From Giardia intestinalis (Eukaryota), in the NCBI GenBank assembly GCA_000002435.2, contig CM018792.1: DNA of 64,000 nucleotides; one strand, given 5' to 3'. How positions within the stretch are numbered: the first letter of the stretch is position 1; the number at the start of each line of letters is the position of its first letter. The notes under the pieces were generated by a model that saw only the letters and a list, made by a program, of their open reading frames with translations, ran no database searches and had not been told where the DNA came from. Positions 28,686-39,338 of the stretch are shown here, in pieces. A program made the translations under genes and the position numbers.

Positions 28686-31600
28686 TTAAAGAAAATCGAA
28701 GCTGCCCGTATTTATGAATGTCAAAGCCCTCACCTTCATTTCCAAAAAGGCATGGAATAAGAGCTTGCGATCACGCCACTCAAGGGCGCGCTTCTCTTGA
28801 ACGCGGTAGATAGCATTCTCACGTGCAGTGCGCTTCCACCTGCGAATGAGACGGTAGAAACGGGTGCGTTGCTGCGTGTCATAGTGCTTATTAAGCATCT
28901 TAGCCTGGCACCATGAAGCCATGATGCGCGAAAGAAGGTTACGCTTGTAGTGTTCATGAAGATACCTGTAACACATTTCGAGCCTTTGATGCCGCTCCAG
29001 GATAGCTGTATATGCACTTAGCATACGCCGACTGCGCTGCTGCTCTTCTATTAAAAGCAGCCCAGTGGCGAGTGCTCTGGTATGAATGTGCCAAATCCGG
29101 ATAAGATATCGCTTCTGCAAGGCTTCAGCTTTGATGAGCAGCTCTTCCTGATTAATAATGTACTGATCTCTCCACCCAAAGAAGGCCATTTTCACCAAGA
29201 CCTTCTCAATCCACATCTCCTGGATGACGCGCCGATTACGCTCTTGTCGAGTTCTCTTCAAGAACGCTCTCAGATAGAAGCGCCTTTGGAATAGCATCAC
29301 TAATGCACAGTTCTTAGCATCTTGCTCCCGGTAAGCTTCTATCAGTGTTGCAAATATCCTCTTCACAAGAGCGCGATCTTTGGCACGAGCATGCTCAATT
29401 GCGATCTTCTCTAAATAGAGGTCCTTATAAGTAGTGCGCAGATGGCGAAGCGCAGTTGTACAGAGACGCCGATCTATATTTTGTTGTAGAATCATATACC
29501 TTTTCCGCCTTGCCACAACCAAGTTGTGAAGCATTAGTAGAACGAGACGTGCTCTCCATGCATTCTCCAATCGGGTGTTGGCAATAGAATTCTCAGAGAA
29601 AAGAAGGAACCAGTTTCTGAAGGCTACACTGGCCACTCTATGGTTTATCCGGATGGCCAACTCCACTTCTGCCTGATTCAGATGACGCAGACGCCGAGCC
29701 CAAGTCCAGAAAGCTCTCCTCTGAAAGTAGCTCTCAAACAGAGCCCGGCTATAGCACACCTCCTCGACAACGCCGGTGTGCCAAGAAGATATGCACCTGT
29801 GTAATGTCAGTGAATCCCTTCGCGTTTGAAATTGGAGTACCTTAATCCCGAGTTGAAGATTGGTCAGTGCTCTATGTAAAAGATACCTATTTGAAATACG
29901 CGAATCGTTGTTTATAAGCCTTACTGTGAAGAAGTGCCATATCATAAATGCGTGCCTGAGCAACCTAACTCTATGAATGGCATCTCCTTTCTCTAAAGAT
30001 CGTTGTTCACAAGCCAACGAAAAGATGTGGTGCCAGCGCCAGAAAAAGCGCCTGAATATTCGCTTTTGATGATAGTTTATAGCGTCATTAAGTTGGTCTC
30101 GTCGCATAGCATATAGAAACCGCCACCTGCTGAATATATCCGCTACTATAGCCTGGTTTCTATTAAGTTGCCGCGATACACTGCGCTCTCTGAGGCCACT
30201 AGCAGCATGGTGGGCCATCAAAGTGCCACGCTGTCCTAACGTGAGACAGTCATCTAGTGCTTCAAACAAGCTTTCCGGACAAGACGGGTCGTTTGTTAAT
30301 GTGGTGTAGATATGATCAATTATTGCCTGAGGATCTTCATGCTGCCTAAGCATATGCATCACCGAGTCATAGAGGTCCTTGTTATACCGTGGAAGAGTGG
30401 CAGCAAACAGATTGAGTCCATTGTATAGAGAGACCCTTAGCTTCCAAGCATCAAACGCCCAAATCAGCAGGTTGACTTGGTGTTTCTCTGCTATGTATTC
30501 AATTATTCTTTTCTCCATCAGCTCTCTACGCCACAAGATTAGTGCTTTGTGCTGGAGTCTCTTGAGGAGTACCTCTTGCACGCTCAGTAGGCGGTGAGAA
30601 CGACGGGCAGCCCACTTGATAGCCTGGAATGCCTTTTGAAGTGCTCTGCGACGATGCTTGGCCTCTAAGTACCGTTGGTTTTTATGCTTATCTGATTCCA
30701 TTAGGCTGAACAACTGCCATCTTCTGAGGCAATGCATAAGAACATGGTTCTTGCTATCAGGAGCCAACTGAGAGGATAGGTGATCAATATCGACGTCTCT
30801 GAGATACTTCAAAGGTCGCTTATCGTGTCGATAGTAGTCAGACAATCCAACAATCTTCTTAATAGTTCGCAGAGTTGGGCAATCGTTGAGAACCTCTGAG
30901 CGCATATCTCCAATCATTGCCCCGAGGGCCAAGAGCCCCAGAGCAGCGTAGGTAGGGTGCTGCTTGTTAGGTGGTGCTTTTATGAAGTATGAATTAGAAC
31001 AGTTGTACGGTGTATCTAACAAAAGACTGAATCTGTATGCTAGGAGCTCACTTCGCCATGCGTTCAAGGACTGGCGCAAAAGGAACTGATTATGTCTACT
31101 GGCAGTAACACGCTCCATTCTGCGTAAGAGCAGTGCATATCGCCATTCGCGTAGTATGAGAATCATCCGCCTGTTTTGTAGTATGCCCATAAAGCTATTC
31201 CCTAAAGAGTCTGTATAAACGAGCTTTCTATGGAGATCGCTTAATACTACCCGTTGAATTTGAATATTCTTAAAGTGCAGGGAGTCGTGTCTGGCTGTTT
31301 CCACAAAGATGATGCATCGCTGTCTCCATGCATTGAATGCCCGAGAAAGAAGCTTATTGGCATCATTAACTGCAAAGCAGGTAAGTAGGGTGTTGTATCC
31401 ATGAACTTTGCGCCAGGAAAAGAAGGAGATTGACATAAGGAGCCTGTCTCTGATGTGCAGCATTAGGGAAAAGGATAACTCCAAAGACTGAAGTCTGCTC
31501 TTCCAGGAAGTCAGCGCTCTCAGAGCTAAGTTGCGCCCCGCAATGGTCTGCATTAGGCAGCCGGCTGAATACATCTGCGAATCCTGTGATGGCAAGTTAG

Positions 31601-32906
31601 GGTCTAGGTACTTATATGGAGCATTTAATCGCTTGTGAAGATCAAGGTATCGGCTCAGCATAGCATAGAACGCGCACTTCCTAAGATAGCGTACACTCCA
31701 TTGCCCGTAGTGCAGGTCTGCTAGTGTTGTCTGGGATACAATGGTTTGGTGCTTATCCAGGAGCACATGAAAGATAACGGTAATAACAGTCAGTATCACC
31801 CTGTCTCTACGCTCCATCCCGTGGGTATCAAGAACAGGGACAGACATGCGCATGAGCAGTGAACATAGCAGGATGAAGTTCTTATTATGACGCTTGAGTT
31901 CTTTATACACCTGCTTGAGCCCTTGCTGTCTAGCCCTCCATGCTTGGAATCCAGATCTCAAAGTGTGCATAACTGCTCTCTGCTTAATAATGCATTCAAT
32001 GTACAAAAGTCGCTCCGCAGTGCTCTTTTCAAGAATTGCCTTTTGTGAAGCGTACATCTTGTTCTTGTAATTAGCCACAAGCGCATAGAACGCAGTCTTC
32101 AAAATGCGAGTATCATCCAACTCAATTAGCATGTTAGACGCGTTAATAAGCATCCGAGGGCCTCGAGTTGAGCTCTTGGGCCTGCCAGGAGAGACGTTGG
32201 AAGATTGTGGTTCTTGCTTTACTGTAGCTTCATTAAACAACGCATTCGAACAGGTTTGAAAAGTGACCGTAGATGAAGCTCTTTTACGAGGTAATGACTT
32301 GCTGGAAGGATGAGCATTGTAAACCATGTGTGCAGGATATGCAAGAGATGAAAGAGAGGGCGAAGGCGATGGAAGATACGTGCTTGCACTGAAGCTTCTC
32401 TGGCAGTTGTTTATGCACTCGGAGTGATCAGAATGAAAACGGACCCCTACTCGCTTTGCAGCTTTTAGCCCTTTCAGCCCTCTAAACAACTTGCGAAGAC
32501 GACTAAAGATAGCAGCTGCACGAGCATTCATGTACAGATCAAGTGTTTTGCCATATGCCTCTGAAATGTGGTATCCGCGTTTGCCGATATCGATAACAGA
32601 GGTTAAAAAGCTAGTGTAGAAGGTGTCAGCGGTGCGCCTCATATTGTGTGTCTGCAAAACAGTCTCGAATGCGTTATTGAAGTCAGTAAACGTGGGATAT
32701 TTGATTGCTTGTACATGCACGACAAAAGTGTATAAATCGTTCAGGATCTGCTTATCCCCGTGCAGAAGCTCTAGCGTACGGGCGAGAAGGGAAAAGTGGG
32801 GTCGAAGATCAGCCGTCCGTGGCTGGTGCATCCTCGCGCCCAAGAAGCGTTTTTTCAGATCATAGTCTTTTTGAAAGAGCTGGGCAAAGTATACGGTAAA
32901 CAGCAT
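28686..32906 (-). CDS. Sfi1-repeat protein (putative centrin-binding centrosomal/basal-body protein)
   Basis: 1406-aa helical protein with about 20 repeats of the form ...(A/L)x7(L/F)(L/F)x3(F/L)x2W(R/K/H), spaced every ~30-35 aa. Examples are FNAWRQRC, LNAWRSELL, FDAWKLRV, ENAWRARLV, FFGWRDQY, FQAWRARQ and FRNWFLLF. ATG at 32904-32906. Confidence 0.6.
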   Translation of the reverse strand: MLFTVYFAQLFQKDYDLKKRFLGARMHQPRTADLRPHFSLLARTLELLHGDKQILNDLYTFVVHVQAIKYPTFTDFNNAFETVLQTHNMRRTADTFYTSFLTSVIDIGKRGYHISEAYGKTLDLYMNARAAAIFSRLRKLFRGLKGLKAAKRVGVRFHSDHSECINNCQRSFSASTYLPSPSPSLSSLAYPAHMVYNAHPSSKSLPRKRASSTVTFQTCSNALFNEATVKQEPQSSNVSPGRPKSSTRGPRMLINASNMLIELDDTRILKTAFYALVANYKNKMYASQKAILEKSTAERLLYIECIIKQRAVMHTLRSGFQAWRARQQGLKQVYKELKRHNKNFILLCSLLMRMSVPVLDTHGMERRDRVILTVITVIFHVLLDKHQTIVSQTTLADLHYGQWSVRYLRKCAFYAMLSRYLDLHKRLNAPYKYLDPNLPSQDSQMYSAGCLMQTIAGRNLALRALTSWKSRLQSLELSFSLMLHIRDRLLMSISFFSWRKVHGYNTLLTCFAVNDANKLLSRAFNAWRQRCIIFVETARHDSLHFKNIQIQRVVLSDLHRKLVYTDSLGNSFMGILQNRRMILILREWRYALLLRRMERVTASRHNQFLLRQSLNAWRSELLAYRFSLLLDTPYNCSNSYFIKAPPNKQHPTYAALGLLALGAMIGDMRSEVLNDCPTLRTIKKIVGLSDYYRHDKRPLKYLRDVDIDHLSSQLAPDSKNHVLMHCLRRWQLFSLMESDKHKNQRYLEAKHRRRALQKAFQAIKWAARRSHRLLSVQEVLLKRLQHKALILWRRELMEKRIIEYIAEKHQVNLLIWAFDAWKLRVSLYNGLNLFAATLPRYNKDLYDSVMHMLRQHEDPQAIIDHIYTTLTNDPSCPESLFEALDDCLTLGQRGTLMAHHAASGLRERSVSRQLNRNQAIVADIFSRWRFLYAMRRDQLNDAINYHQKRIFRRFFWRWHHIFSLACEQRSLEKGDAIHRVRLLRHAFMIWHFFTVRLINNDSRISNRYLLHRALTNLQLGIKVLQFQTRRDSLTLHRCISSWHTGVVEEVCYSRALFESYFQRRAFWTWARRLRHLNQAEVELAIRINHRVASVAFRNWFLLFSENSIANTRLENAWRARLVLLMLHNLVVARRKRYMILQQNIDRRLCTTALRHLRTTYKDLYLEKIAIEHARAKDRALVKRIFATLIEAYREQDAKNCALVMLFQRRFYLRAFLKRTRQERNRRVIQEMWIEKVLVKMAFFGWRDQYIINQEELLIKAEALQKRYLIRIWHIHTRALATGLLLIEEQQRSRRMLSAYTAILERHQRLEMCYRYLHEHYKRNLLSRIMASWCQAKMLNKHYDTQQRTRFYRLIRRWKRTARENAIYRVQEKRALEWRDRKLLFHAFLEMKVRALTFINTGSFDFL

Positions 32907-33110
32907 CTACCAGCATCTAGCTGAATGCCGAACTTTCGTCGGTCGATGGCACTTCAATTTACAACCAACGAATAACTACTAAGCAAGTAAGGGTGTGCTA
33001 TGCCCCAACCCATAGGTTCTTTGTCATACTTTGTATAAAACCATCAAATATGCAGAGTGGCGTCTGTGCCCCTTTTCCAAAACTGAAATTCAAATTACGC
33101 TAAAAAACAG

Positions 33111-34328
33111 ATGGCCAACGCAGGCGGACGACAAGCTGCTGGTGGTGTGGGGCAGGCCTTTGGCGCGAAGCCTACTAGTGCGGGAAAGGAGGCAAAGGAT
33201 GTGCGACAGCAGTATATCTTCCTCAACATCATCGGAAGCGGCTCCTTCGGGAAGGTCCACAAGGTCCAGTCCAGGACGAACGGGCGGATCTTCGCGTGCA
33301 AGGAAATCGACTACGCCAAGATGAGCGAGAAGGAGAAGAAGCTCCTCGTCCACGAGGTCAACACGCTCAAGGAGCTCAGCCACGAGAACATCGTCTCCTA
33401 CATCGACCGCTTTGTCGAGCGCGAGAACGCGAAGATGTTCATCGTCATGGAGTACTGCGAGAATGGAGACCTTGCCAGATACATCAAGCGGCACAAGACA
33501 GACAGGCGCTACATCGCTGAGGAGAAGATCTGGTCTGTCTTTGTCCAGCTCCTCCATGCCCTTAACTATTGCCATAGTTTGCACAAGCACGATGATACTG
33601 GCACCCACAAAGTTATCCACCGAGATATAAAGCCCGGCAACGTGTTCCTCACACGCGATGGCTCCATCAAATTGGGGGACTTTGGTCTTTGTAGATCATT
33701 GGGTGAACTTTCGCAAGCTAAGACAAACGTCGGCACCCCCCTCTACATGGCCATAGAGGTCCTCCAGAAGCAGTCCTACACAGAGAAGGCAGACATATGG
33801 TCCCTTGGCTGCGTCATCTACGAGCTCTGTGCCCTGCAGCCCCCATTCGTGGCATCTAACATGGATTCCCTTAAAGCTAAAGTCAAGCAAGGTGCGCGTC
33901 CTGCCATACCAGCACATTACTCCAGTGACTTATCAGCTGTCATCGATTCTATGCTCAATTCCAACTTTAACTCGCGACCGTCTGCCGCAGAGCTACTTAA
34001 TCATCGTAAGATCATTGAGATGTCGGAAAGGATGAAGAACGCTGGGATGACTGGGGCTGGCATGCAAGCTGCAGCCAATCCTCCACCTCCCGTCCAGGCC
34101 CCGGTCAGTGCTGCTGCACCACGTGCCGGTGAGGCTCTTGCCGCTCTTAAGAACGAAGCAGCCAATATCGGGAACCCGGTTGACGTAGCTCAGAAGGAAC
34201 GGGAACTAAAGGAGTGGGAAGAGAGACTTCAGCAGAGAGAACAGCAAATACGAGCCCGTGAAGAGCAAGTCGAGCGCGCTCTTGTTAGTGGCAAGTCCAA
34301 TGGTGGCGCTTACAAGTATAAGATGTAG
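33111..34328 (+). CDS. NEK-family Ser/Thr protein kinase (catalytically intact) with C-terminal coiled coil
   Basis: Kinase motifs are intact: GSGSFGKV, the ATP-binding Lys in IFACKEI, HRDIKPGNVFL, DFG and GTPLYMAIE. The overall profile is NEK-like, and the tail is rich in REQQIRAREEQVERA-type coiled coil. Confidence 0.85.
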   Translation: MANAGGRQAAGGVGQAFGAKPTSAGKEAKDVRQQYIFLNIIGSGSFGKVHKVQSRTNGRIFACKEIDYAKMSEKEKKLLVHEVNTLKELSHENIVSYIDRFVERENAKMFIVMEYCENGDLARYIKRHKTDRRYIAEEKIWSVFVQLLHALNYCHSLHKHDDTGTHKVIHRDIKPGNVFLTRDGSIKLGDFGLCRSLGELSQAKTNVGTPLYMAIEVLQKQSYTEKADIWSLGCVIYELCALQPPFVASNMDSLKAKVKQGARPAIPAHYSSDLSAVIDSMLNSNFNSRPSAAELLNHRKIIEMSERMKNAGMTGAGMQAAANPPPPVQAPVSAAAPRAGEALAALKNEAANIGNPVDVAQKERELKEWEERLQQREQQIRAREEQVERALVSGKSNGGAYKYKM

Positions 34329-34432
34329 ATATGTTGTACTGCCTTGCGGTTCGCTATTACTGTAAACAACGCTCGCGAGATATGCGTTCTTGTCGTGTGC
34401 AGACCGCAAAAGGGAGAAGCGGACAGTTCAGT

Positions 34433-35152
34433 TTACAGGTCCGAAATGGAGCTGTCTAGACCCAACTCAGGAAAGTCGCCAACTTCAACGGACAATGGCT
34501 TAACAAACGCCCCATATTTCATCTGTGCGTTGAAGTATTTAGTGCCTCCATGAGTCCCGTCGCTGTCACCCACTGGTTCGTCCAAGGTGACTCCGACAAA
34601 GTGTCCTTTCCCTAAAGAAGGAACGGGGCCTACAAACGCCACCTCCCCGCGCCTATCTCCAGACAGTCTACAGCGCATCCCAACACCTATCTTCTCTAGA
34701 GCTTCTGCCTCCATGGCTACCTCTTTTCGTCTCTGGCGATGCGCATCTAGCACTTGCTTACGGTACTCTGGGTCACTCTTGAATTTCTCTCGGAGATACT
34801 GGCGCACGGTCCCGTCTAGCTTGTCATAGACTTCATCAGACATAACGTACTTTTCTATCTGAGAAAGATCGCTTAAGCCTGCTTCTCGAGCGATAGAGAG
34901 CGGGTTAGTGTCGTCCACTAGAAGCTCCATCCCATCTCTGGCGTTATAATCTGAAAGAGAAGAAGATGAATCTCCTAAATCTATCACCCGGTCATCTGAT
35001 ACTCTCAGTCGAAGCACCTGATGCTGTGGCATTGTCCCAGTCATCTTATAGATTTGATCTTTGACAGAGCTGAGAGGCTCATTTTCCGCAAACTTGCACT
35101 CAAAGAAGCGTTGCTGGAGAAGAGCGTGCCTGACGTGGAGTAAGACCACCAT
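34433..35152 (-). CDS. TBCB: tubulin-folding cofactor B (N-terminal ubiquitin-like + C-terminal CAP-Gly)
   Basis: The C-terminal CAP-Gly domain is GEVAFVGPV...GHFVGVTLDEPVGDSDGTHGGTKYF. An N-terminal Ubl-like fold is present. At 239 aa the length is typical for TBCB. Confidence 0.8.
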   Translation of the reverse strand: MVVLLHVRHALLQQRFFECKFAENEPLSSVKDQIYKMTGTMPQHQVLRLRVSDDRVIDLGDSSSSLSDYNARDGMELLVDDTNPLSIAREAGLSDLSQIEKYVMSDEVYDKLDGTVRQYLREKFKSDPEYRKQVLDAHRQRRKEVAMEAEALEKIGVGMRCRLSGDRRGEVAFVGPVPSLGKGHFVGVTLDEPVGDSDGTHGGTKYFNAQMKYGAFVKPLSVEVGDFPELGLDSSISDL

Positions 35153-36189
35153 TAATTAAACTTTGGTTCAAAAGTCATTTTATTTATGGTGTGAATCGCT
35201 TGCTAGTATTTATAATAATCAGCGATAGGAGTACCCGCTACTGTATGCTAGGCCTTAAGGTACGAGCAGTTTCCAAGCAAATTTTCAAGCCCTAACTTCC
35301 GGTAGGAACTCTGCACTGCTTGATGTAATATACTGTTTTGTGTGTGCTAAGCGTGCAGCATCTTCTGTGAGCTAGTCTATTTACATGCAGAACAAGAGAG
35401 AAAGAACAGTTTAGTAGAGAAAGACATTCAAGGGAAAAAGCAGAGCAACCAGATCATGACGAGTAATTATCTTTCATATCAACGGTTTCATTAGGACTTA
35501 AGTTAGGTGGGCATCAAACTGATTGGTTACCAAGGAAAACTCGAGTCATGGAGGCTAGGGATTAACATCCACCGAAAAATCCCAAGTATCTTTATATCAG
35601 CGATACTGTCACTGATCATGCCAAAGACGACTGAGAGTAGAAAAACCTTGTTACCATTTAAGCAAACATACTGGCAATCAATAGCCTAATGGGCAAGTTA
35701 GTCATCGCAGGTAAGTGCTCAGCCGCCGATGCAGTGGCAGGATGGTGAGGCACCTCTGGCTGCGTTAAAGATGACAGCGTACAGCAGCTCTAGCCCCTGA
35801 AGAAGGCCTTTGAGAGCAACCGAGACTCGGGGGCTGAACAAGGGGCAGCATGGTGCGAAGGGCTAGCAATTTAACCCGGATTGACTCTAGTGCAACACAA
35901 CAGTTCTCTCGGACCGCTCTTTGCAGTTTGGGATCCTGGGAAGCGAAGAGACCAGGAAGCCGGATCATATCCTTACGACCGCAGGCACAACAGAGGACTG
36001 TGCAGGCACCCATTCGTCACACAAGGTAGTAAATCGTCAAGAGGGCTCAAGACAGTTGAATCCCACCAGATCTCTCAGCCGACAGCCAGAATGGCGAGTG
36101 TCCCCCTACGTTCCACCAGGCAGCGTCAAACGTAGCAGAGGTCTGCCGGAAATGCGCCAGATGCAGTCAACGCTTTTCTGGGTGTAGTG

Positions 36190-36560
36190 TTAACAGAATC
36201 ACACACTACGACGCGTCCCAGACAGGCTCCACCTGGCAGCGGCGCCCCAGAGACGGGCCCCGGGGGACAAAGTATCTTCGGCCCTGTCCCTGCTCCAATG
36301 CGAGCGGCCCGCGGACAGAGCCGAGGATGGGGGCCAGTGCTCGGCTTCCTGCTGGTGCGGTAGCGCCGGGAGACCACCGGACCATCGACTCGGCCGCGGC
36401 AACCGGCGGAGCGCCCTGGGCTGCTGCTGTGCCCATGCGCCTGGAGCGCGCCGCAGCAGCCCGGGATGGGTCCGCAGACAGGCGTGCCGCCCCAGCCGTC
36501 CCGGGGGCCGGCTCCTCGTGGTGGGCGGTCCTGCTCCCTTTGACTTTTCAAATGGAGAAC
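36190..36560. other. GC-rich (~70-75% GC) non-coding island inside a ~2 kb gene-free gap upstream of the VSP array
   Basis: Dense CCGG/GGGCC/CGCG content, for example gggccccgggggac and gtcccgggggccggctcctcgtggtgggcgg. All six frames carry only short ORFs biased by composition. Confidence 0.5.
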
Positions 36561-37113
36561 GCAGTTATGGATCCTAGCTCTGCTGCAGAAGGTGCCTTAT
36601 GAGACGCAGCACAGCTACACCAAGCGGTATCGGGGCTGAACACTCCTTGGGACGGGCTCCTGGCGCATCTGAGAGACGCTCGTTGCTGTGCACTGCCTCT
36701 TGGGCTTTGAATGCACGTTGTGCAGAGCTGCAGGGGTCGCCCTTGCAGTTGTCGGTGGACCGTTGATGGGATCATTGAAAGCTCTGGACCGCTACTGGGC
36801 CGTGTTGTCCCAGTGCACGTGTGGCAGCTTTGGTTCGCACTGGATGGTCCGCAGAGATTGCAACGGAGCCACGAGGTGCACTAATATGACATACACATTG
36901 AGACAACCGCAGTTCTATTCGGCTCAATCCACCTCCTTCTGGCCCTGTGCCGAGATTGCAGATTGCAGAGTAGTGTTCGCGATAGACCCGGTGAGTGTTG
37001 ATTCCATCAGCGCCTGTGGTCAACGTGTGCCAGAAGGATCAATCAACTGCATCAATCAACGCGGATTGACTGATGTACCGCGAGTATGTTCCTACCAATC
37101 TATCAATCGGGCA

Positions 37114-39324
37114 ATGTTTGGCAGTTTTGTTCTCGCGGGGGTACTCGTCCAGATTGCATGGGCAGAAAAAGTAACAGAGCGCGCGGCTCAATGCGCAGAT
37201 AACACTAATTGCGCAGCAGAAGCATGCAACGTTCTGATCGGTGGTAAATTGTATTGCTCTCAATGTAACACAGGATTTGTTCCTATCAATGGACAATGTG
37301 CAGGCAAAGAAGATGCAAAAACCAAGTGTAAAGATACCGATGGAGGCGATACAGCTGATCAGACCTGTGGACAGTGCGCTGAGCAGACTTTCATGTACAA
37401 GGGCGGCTGTTACGAAGCAGCCCAGCAGCCCGGACAGACCATATGTCAGGCGGCAGAAAATGGAAAATGCACACAGGCTAAGGCTGGATACTTCGTGCCG
37501 CCGGGCGCAGACGCCTCTCACCAATCGGTCATACCGTGCGGAGACGAAGAGGAAATAACGGTTAAGAACGATAAAAAGTACAAGGGCGTAGTGCATTGTA
37601 CTCAGTGTAACGCTCCCGCAGAAGCAGCAGATGCTAACGCCAAGGCCGCCACATGTACTGCGTGCGGCGATAGCAAGATCGTCAAGACGGCCAAGGACCA
37701 AGCCACCTCCTGCGTGACAGAAAAAGAGTGCACGGATGCCCCAGGCTTCTTCGTTGATACGACGAGCGGTAAAAAATGCAGCAAGTGCGCTGAGACATGC
37801 AAGACCTGTAAGACCGAGGCTGCGAAGTGCACCTCCTGTAAGGACGACAAGCCGTACCTGAAGAAGGATGACGAGTCCACAACTGGCACGTGCGTTGACG
37901 CAAACGGCTGCCCGGCAACTCATTACGTTGATAAGGAAGCAAAGGAGTGCAACACCTGCGTTTCAGGAGGGACGGTGGACTGCACCACTTGTGAGAAAGG
38001 CGCCAACGGAGTGGTTTGTAAGACGTGTACGACTGGTACGAAGACCAAGTTTGGCCTTGGAAAGAAGTCATGCGTTGAGAACTGCCCCTCGAACTCCAGC
38101 GATGAAAAGACCCCTGGCACCTGTGAGTGCGTCGAGGGCTACGTTCCCGACGACGCGGGCACCGGGTGTACGAAGAAATCCGACCCCCAGTGCAACACCC
38201 CCGGCTGCAAGACGTGCAGTGATCCGAAGAAAGACAAGGAGGTGTGCACAGAATGCGAAGACCCCAAGGCCCTCACGCCCACGGGCCAGTGCATCGATAA
38301 CTGCGGAGATCTGGGAGGCTACTACGAGGGCACCAACGAGGGGGGCAAGAAGGCCTGCAAGAAGTGCGAGGTCGAGAACTGCCTCCTGTGCAATGGGCAG
38401 GGACAGTGCGAGACCTGCAAGGACGGGTACTACAAGAGCGGAGCCGCCTGTGCCAAGTGCGATACCTCGTGCAAGACGTGCGCGAACGGGAAGCCCAACG
38501 GGTGTACGAGCTGCGAGCCTAAGCAGGTCCTCAGCTACGAAGGGGAGGGCACGGGGACGTACAAACCAGAATGCAAGCCAGTGAGCGGCGGCAAGGATGG
38601 AACGTGCAAGAGCTGCGACCTGAGCATAGACGGGACAAGCTACTGTTCTGCCTGTAACGTGGGCACGGAGTATCCAGAGAACGGTGTGTGCGTCAAGAAG
38701 TCGGCCCGCACAGCCTCCTGCCAGGTCGAACCGAGCAATGGTGTGTGCGGGACATGTGCAAAGGGCTTCTTCCGCATGAACGGGGGCTGCTACGAAACGA
38801 CCAAACTCCCTGGAAAGAACGTCTGTGAGGAGGCAGCACCGACCGGCGATACCTGTCAGACTCCGGCCGACGGGTACAAACTGAATAACGGCGCGCTCAT
38901 CACTTGCTCGGCCGGATGTAAGACGTGCACCAGCCAGGACCAGTGCGACACGTGTAAGGCTGGATATGCTAAGACTGGCGGTAACACTAAGAAGTGCGTT
39001 CCCTGCGCCACTGGGTGCTCCGAGTGCAATGCGGACGACGCCACCAAGTGCACGGTGTGCGCTGCAGGGTACTACCTGTCCAAAGAAAAGTGCATAGCAT
39101 GCGACAAGAGCGACGGCGGATCCATCACCGGCGTCGCCAACTGCGCCAACTGCGCTCCCCCAACCAACAATAAAGGGCCTGTCCTCTGCTACCTCATACA
39201 GAACACCAACAGGAGCGGGCTTTCCACGGGGGCCATAGCGGGGATCTCCGTCGCTGTCATCGCTGTCGTGGGGGGCCTCGTGGGCTTCCTCTGCTGGTGG
39301 TTCATATGTAGAGGGAAGGCGTGA
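37114..39324 (+). CDS. vsp: variant-specific surface protein (VSP), intact: signal peptide + CXXC-rich ectodomain + TM + CRGKA
   Basis: The ATG at 37114 gives MFGSFVLAGVLVQIAWA, a signal peptide. Many CxxC and GGCY motifs follow. The C-terminus is GAIAGISVAVIAVVGGLVGFLCWWFICRGKA. Stop is TGA at 39322. The track ORF start at 36688 is a GTG read-through of non-coding DNA. Confidence 0.85.
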   Translation: MFGSFVLAGVLVQIAWAEKVTERAAQCADNTNCAAEACNVLIGGKLYCSQCNTGFVPINGQCAGKEDAKTKCKDTDGGDTADQTCGQCAEQTFMYKGGCYEAAQQPGQTICQAAENGKCTQAKAGYFVPPGADASHQSVIPCGDEEEITVKNDKKYKGVVHCTQCNAPAEAADANAKAATCTACGDSKIVKTAKDQATSCVTEKECTDAPGFFVDTTSGKKCSKCAETCKTCKTEAAKCTSCKDDKPYLKKDDESTTGTCVDANGCPATHYVDKEAKECNTCVSGGTVDCTTCEKGANGVVCKTCTTGTKTKFGLGKKSCVENCPSNSSDEKTPGTCECVEGYVPDDAGTGCTKKSDPQCNTPGCKTCSDPKKDKEVCTECEDPKALTPTGQCIDNCGDLGGYYEGTNEGGKKACKKCEVENCLLCNGQGQCETCKDGYYKSGAACAKCDTSCKTCANGKPNGCTSCEPKQVLSYEGEGTGTYKPECKPVSGGKDGTCKSCDLSIDGTSYCSACNVGTEYPENGVCVKKSARTASCQVEPSNGVCGTCAKGFFRMNGGCYETTKLPGKNVCEEAAPTGDTCQTPADGYKLNNGALITCSAGCKTCTSQDQCDTCKAGYAKTGGNTKKCVPCATGCSECNADDATKCTVCAAGYYLSKEKCIACDKSDGGSITGVANCANCAPPTNNKGPVLCYLIQNTNRSGLSTGAIAGISVAVIAVVGGLVGFLCWWFICRGKA

Positions 39325-39338
39325 CTTAGGTAGTGAAT
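39324..39338 (+). promoter_or_regulatory. VSP extended polyadenylation signal (ACTTAGGTAGTGAAT) overlapping stop codon
   Basis: Matches the Giardia VSP 3' consensus ACTYAGRTAGTRAAY. The same element recurs at 41157..41171, 42990..43004, 44889..44903, 46698..46712 and 48536..48550. Confidence 0.6.

Noticed and set aside
33090-33620. 176-aa minus-strand ORF, plus several 60-100 aa plus-strand off-frame ORFs, over the NEK kinase gene.
   Set aside because: The NEK reading frame carries all the canonical kinase subdomains. The overlapping frames are artefacts.
36190-36560. GC-rich island taken as a bona fide rRNA gene segment.
   Set aside because: No recognisable universally conserved SSU/LSU core motifs were seen by eye. 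The idea is kept only as a low-confidence 'rDNA-derived relic?' hypothesis in the findings.
35765-36775. Short ORFs (60-141 aa) inside the GC-rich island, Gly/Pro/Arg/Ala-rich.
   Set aside because: They are composition-driven: high GC suppresses stop codons. The products are low complexity, and none has a plausible ATG plus initiator context.
36688-37113. N-terminal 142-aa extension of the first VSP in the ORF track (MHCLLGFECTL...).
   Set aside because: The track start is a GTG. The stretch is non-hydrophobic and GC-rich. The true signal peptide begins at the ATG at 37114.
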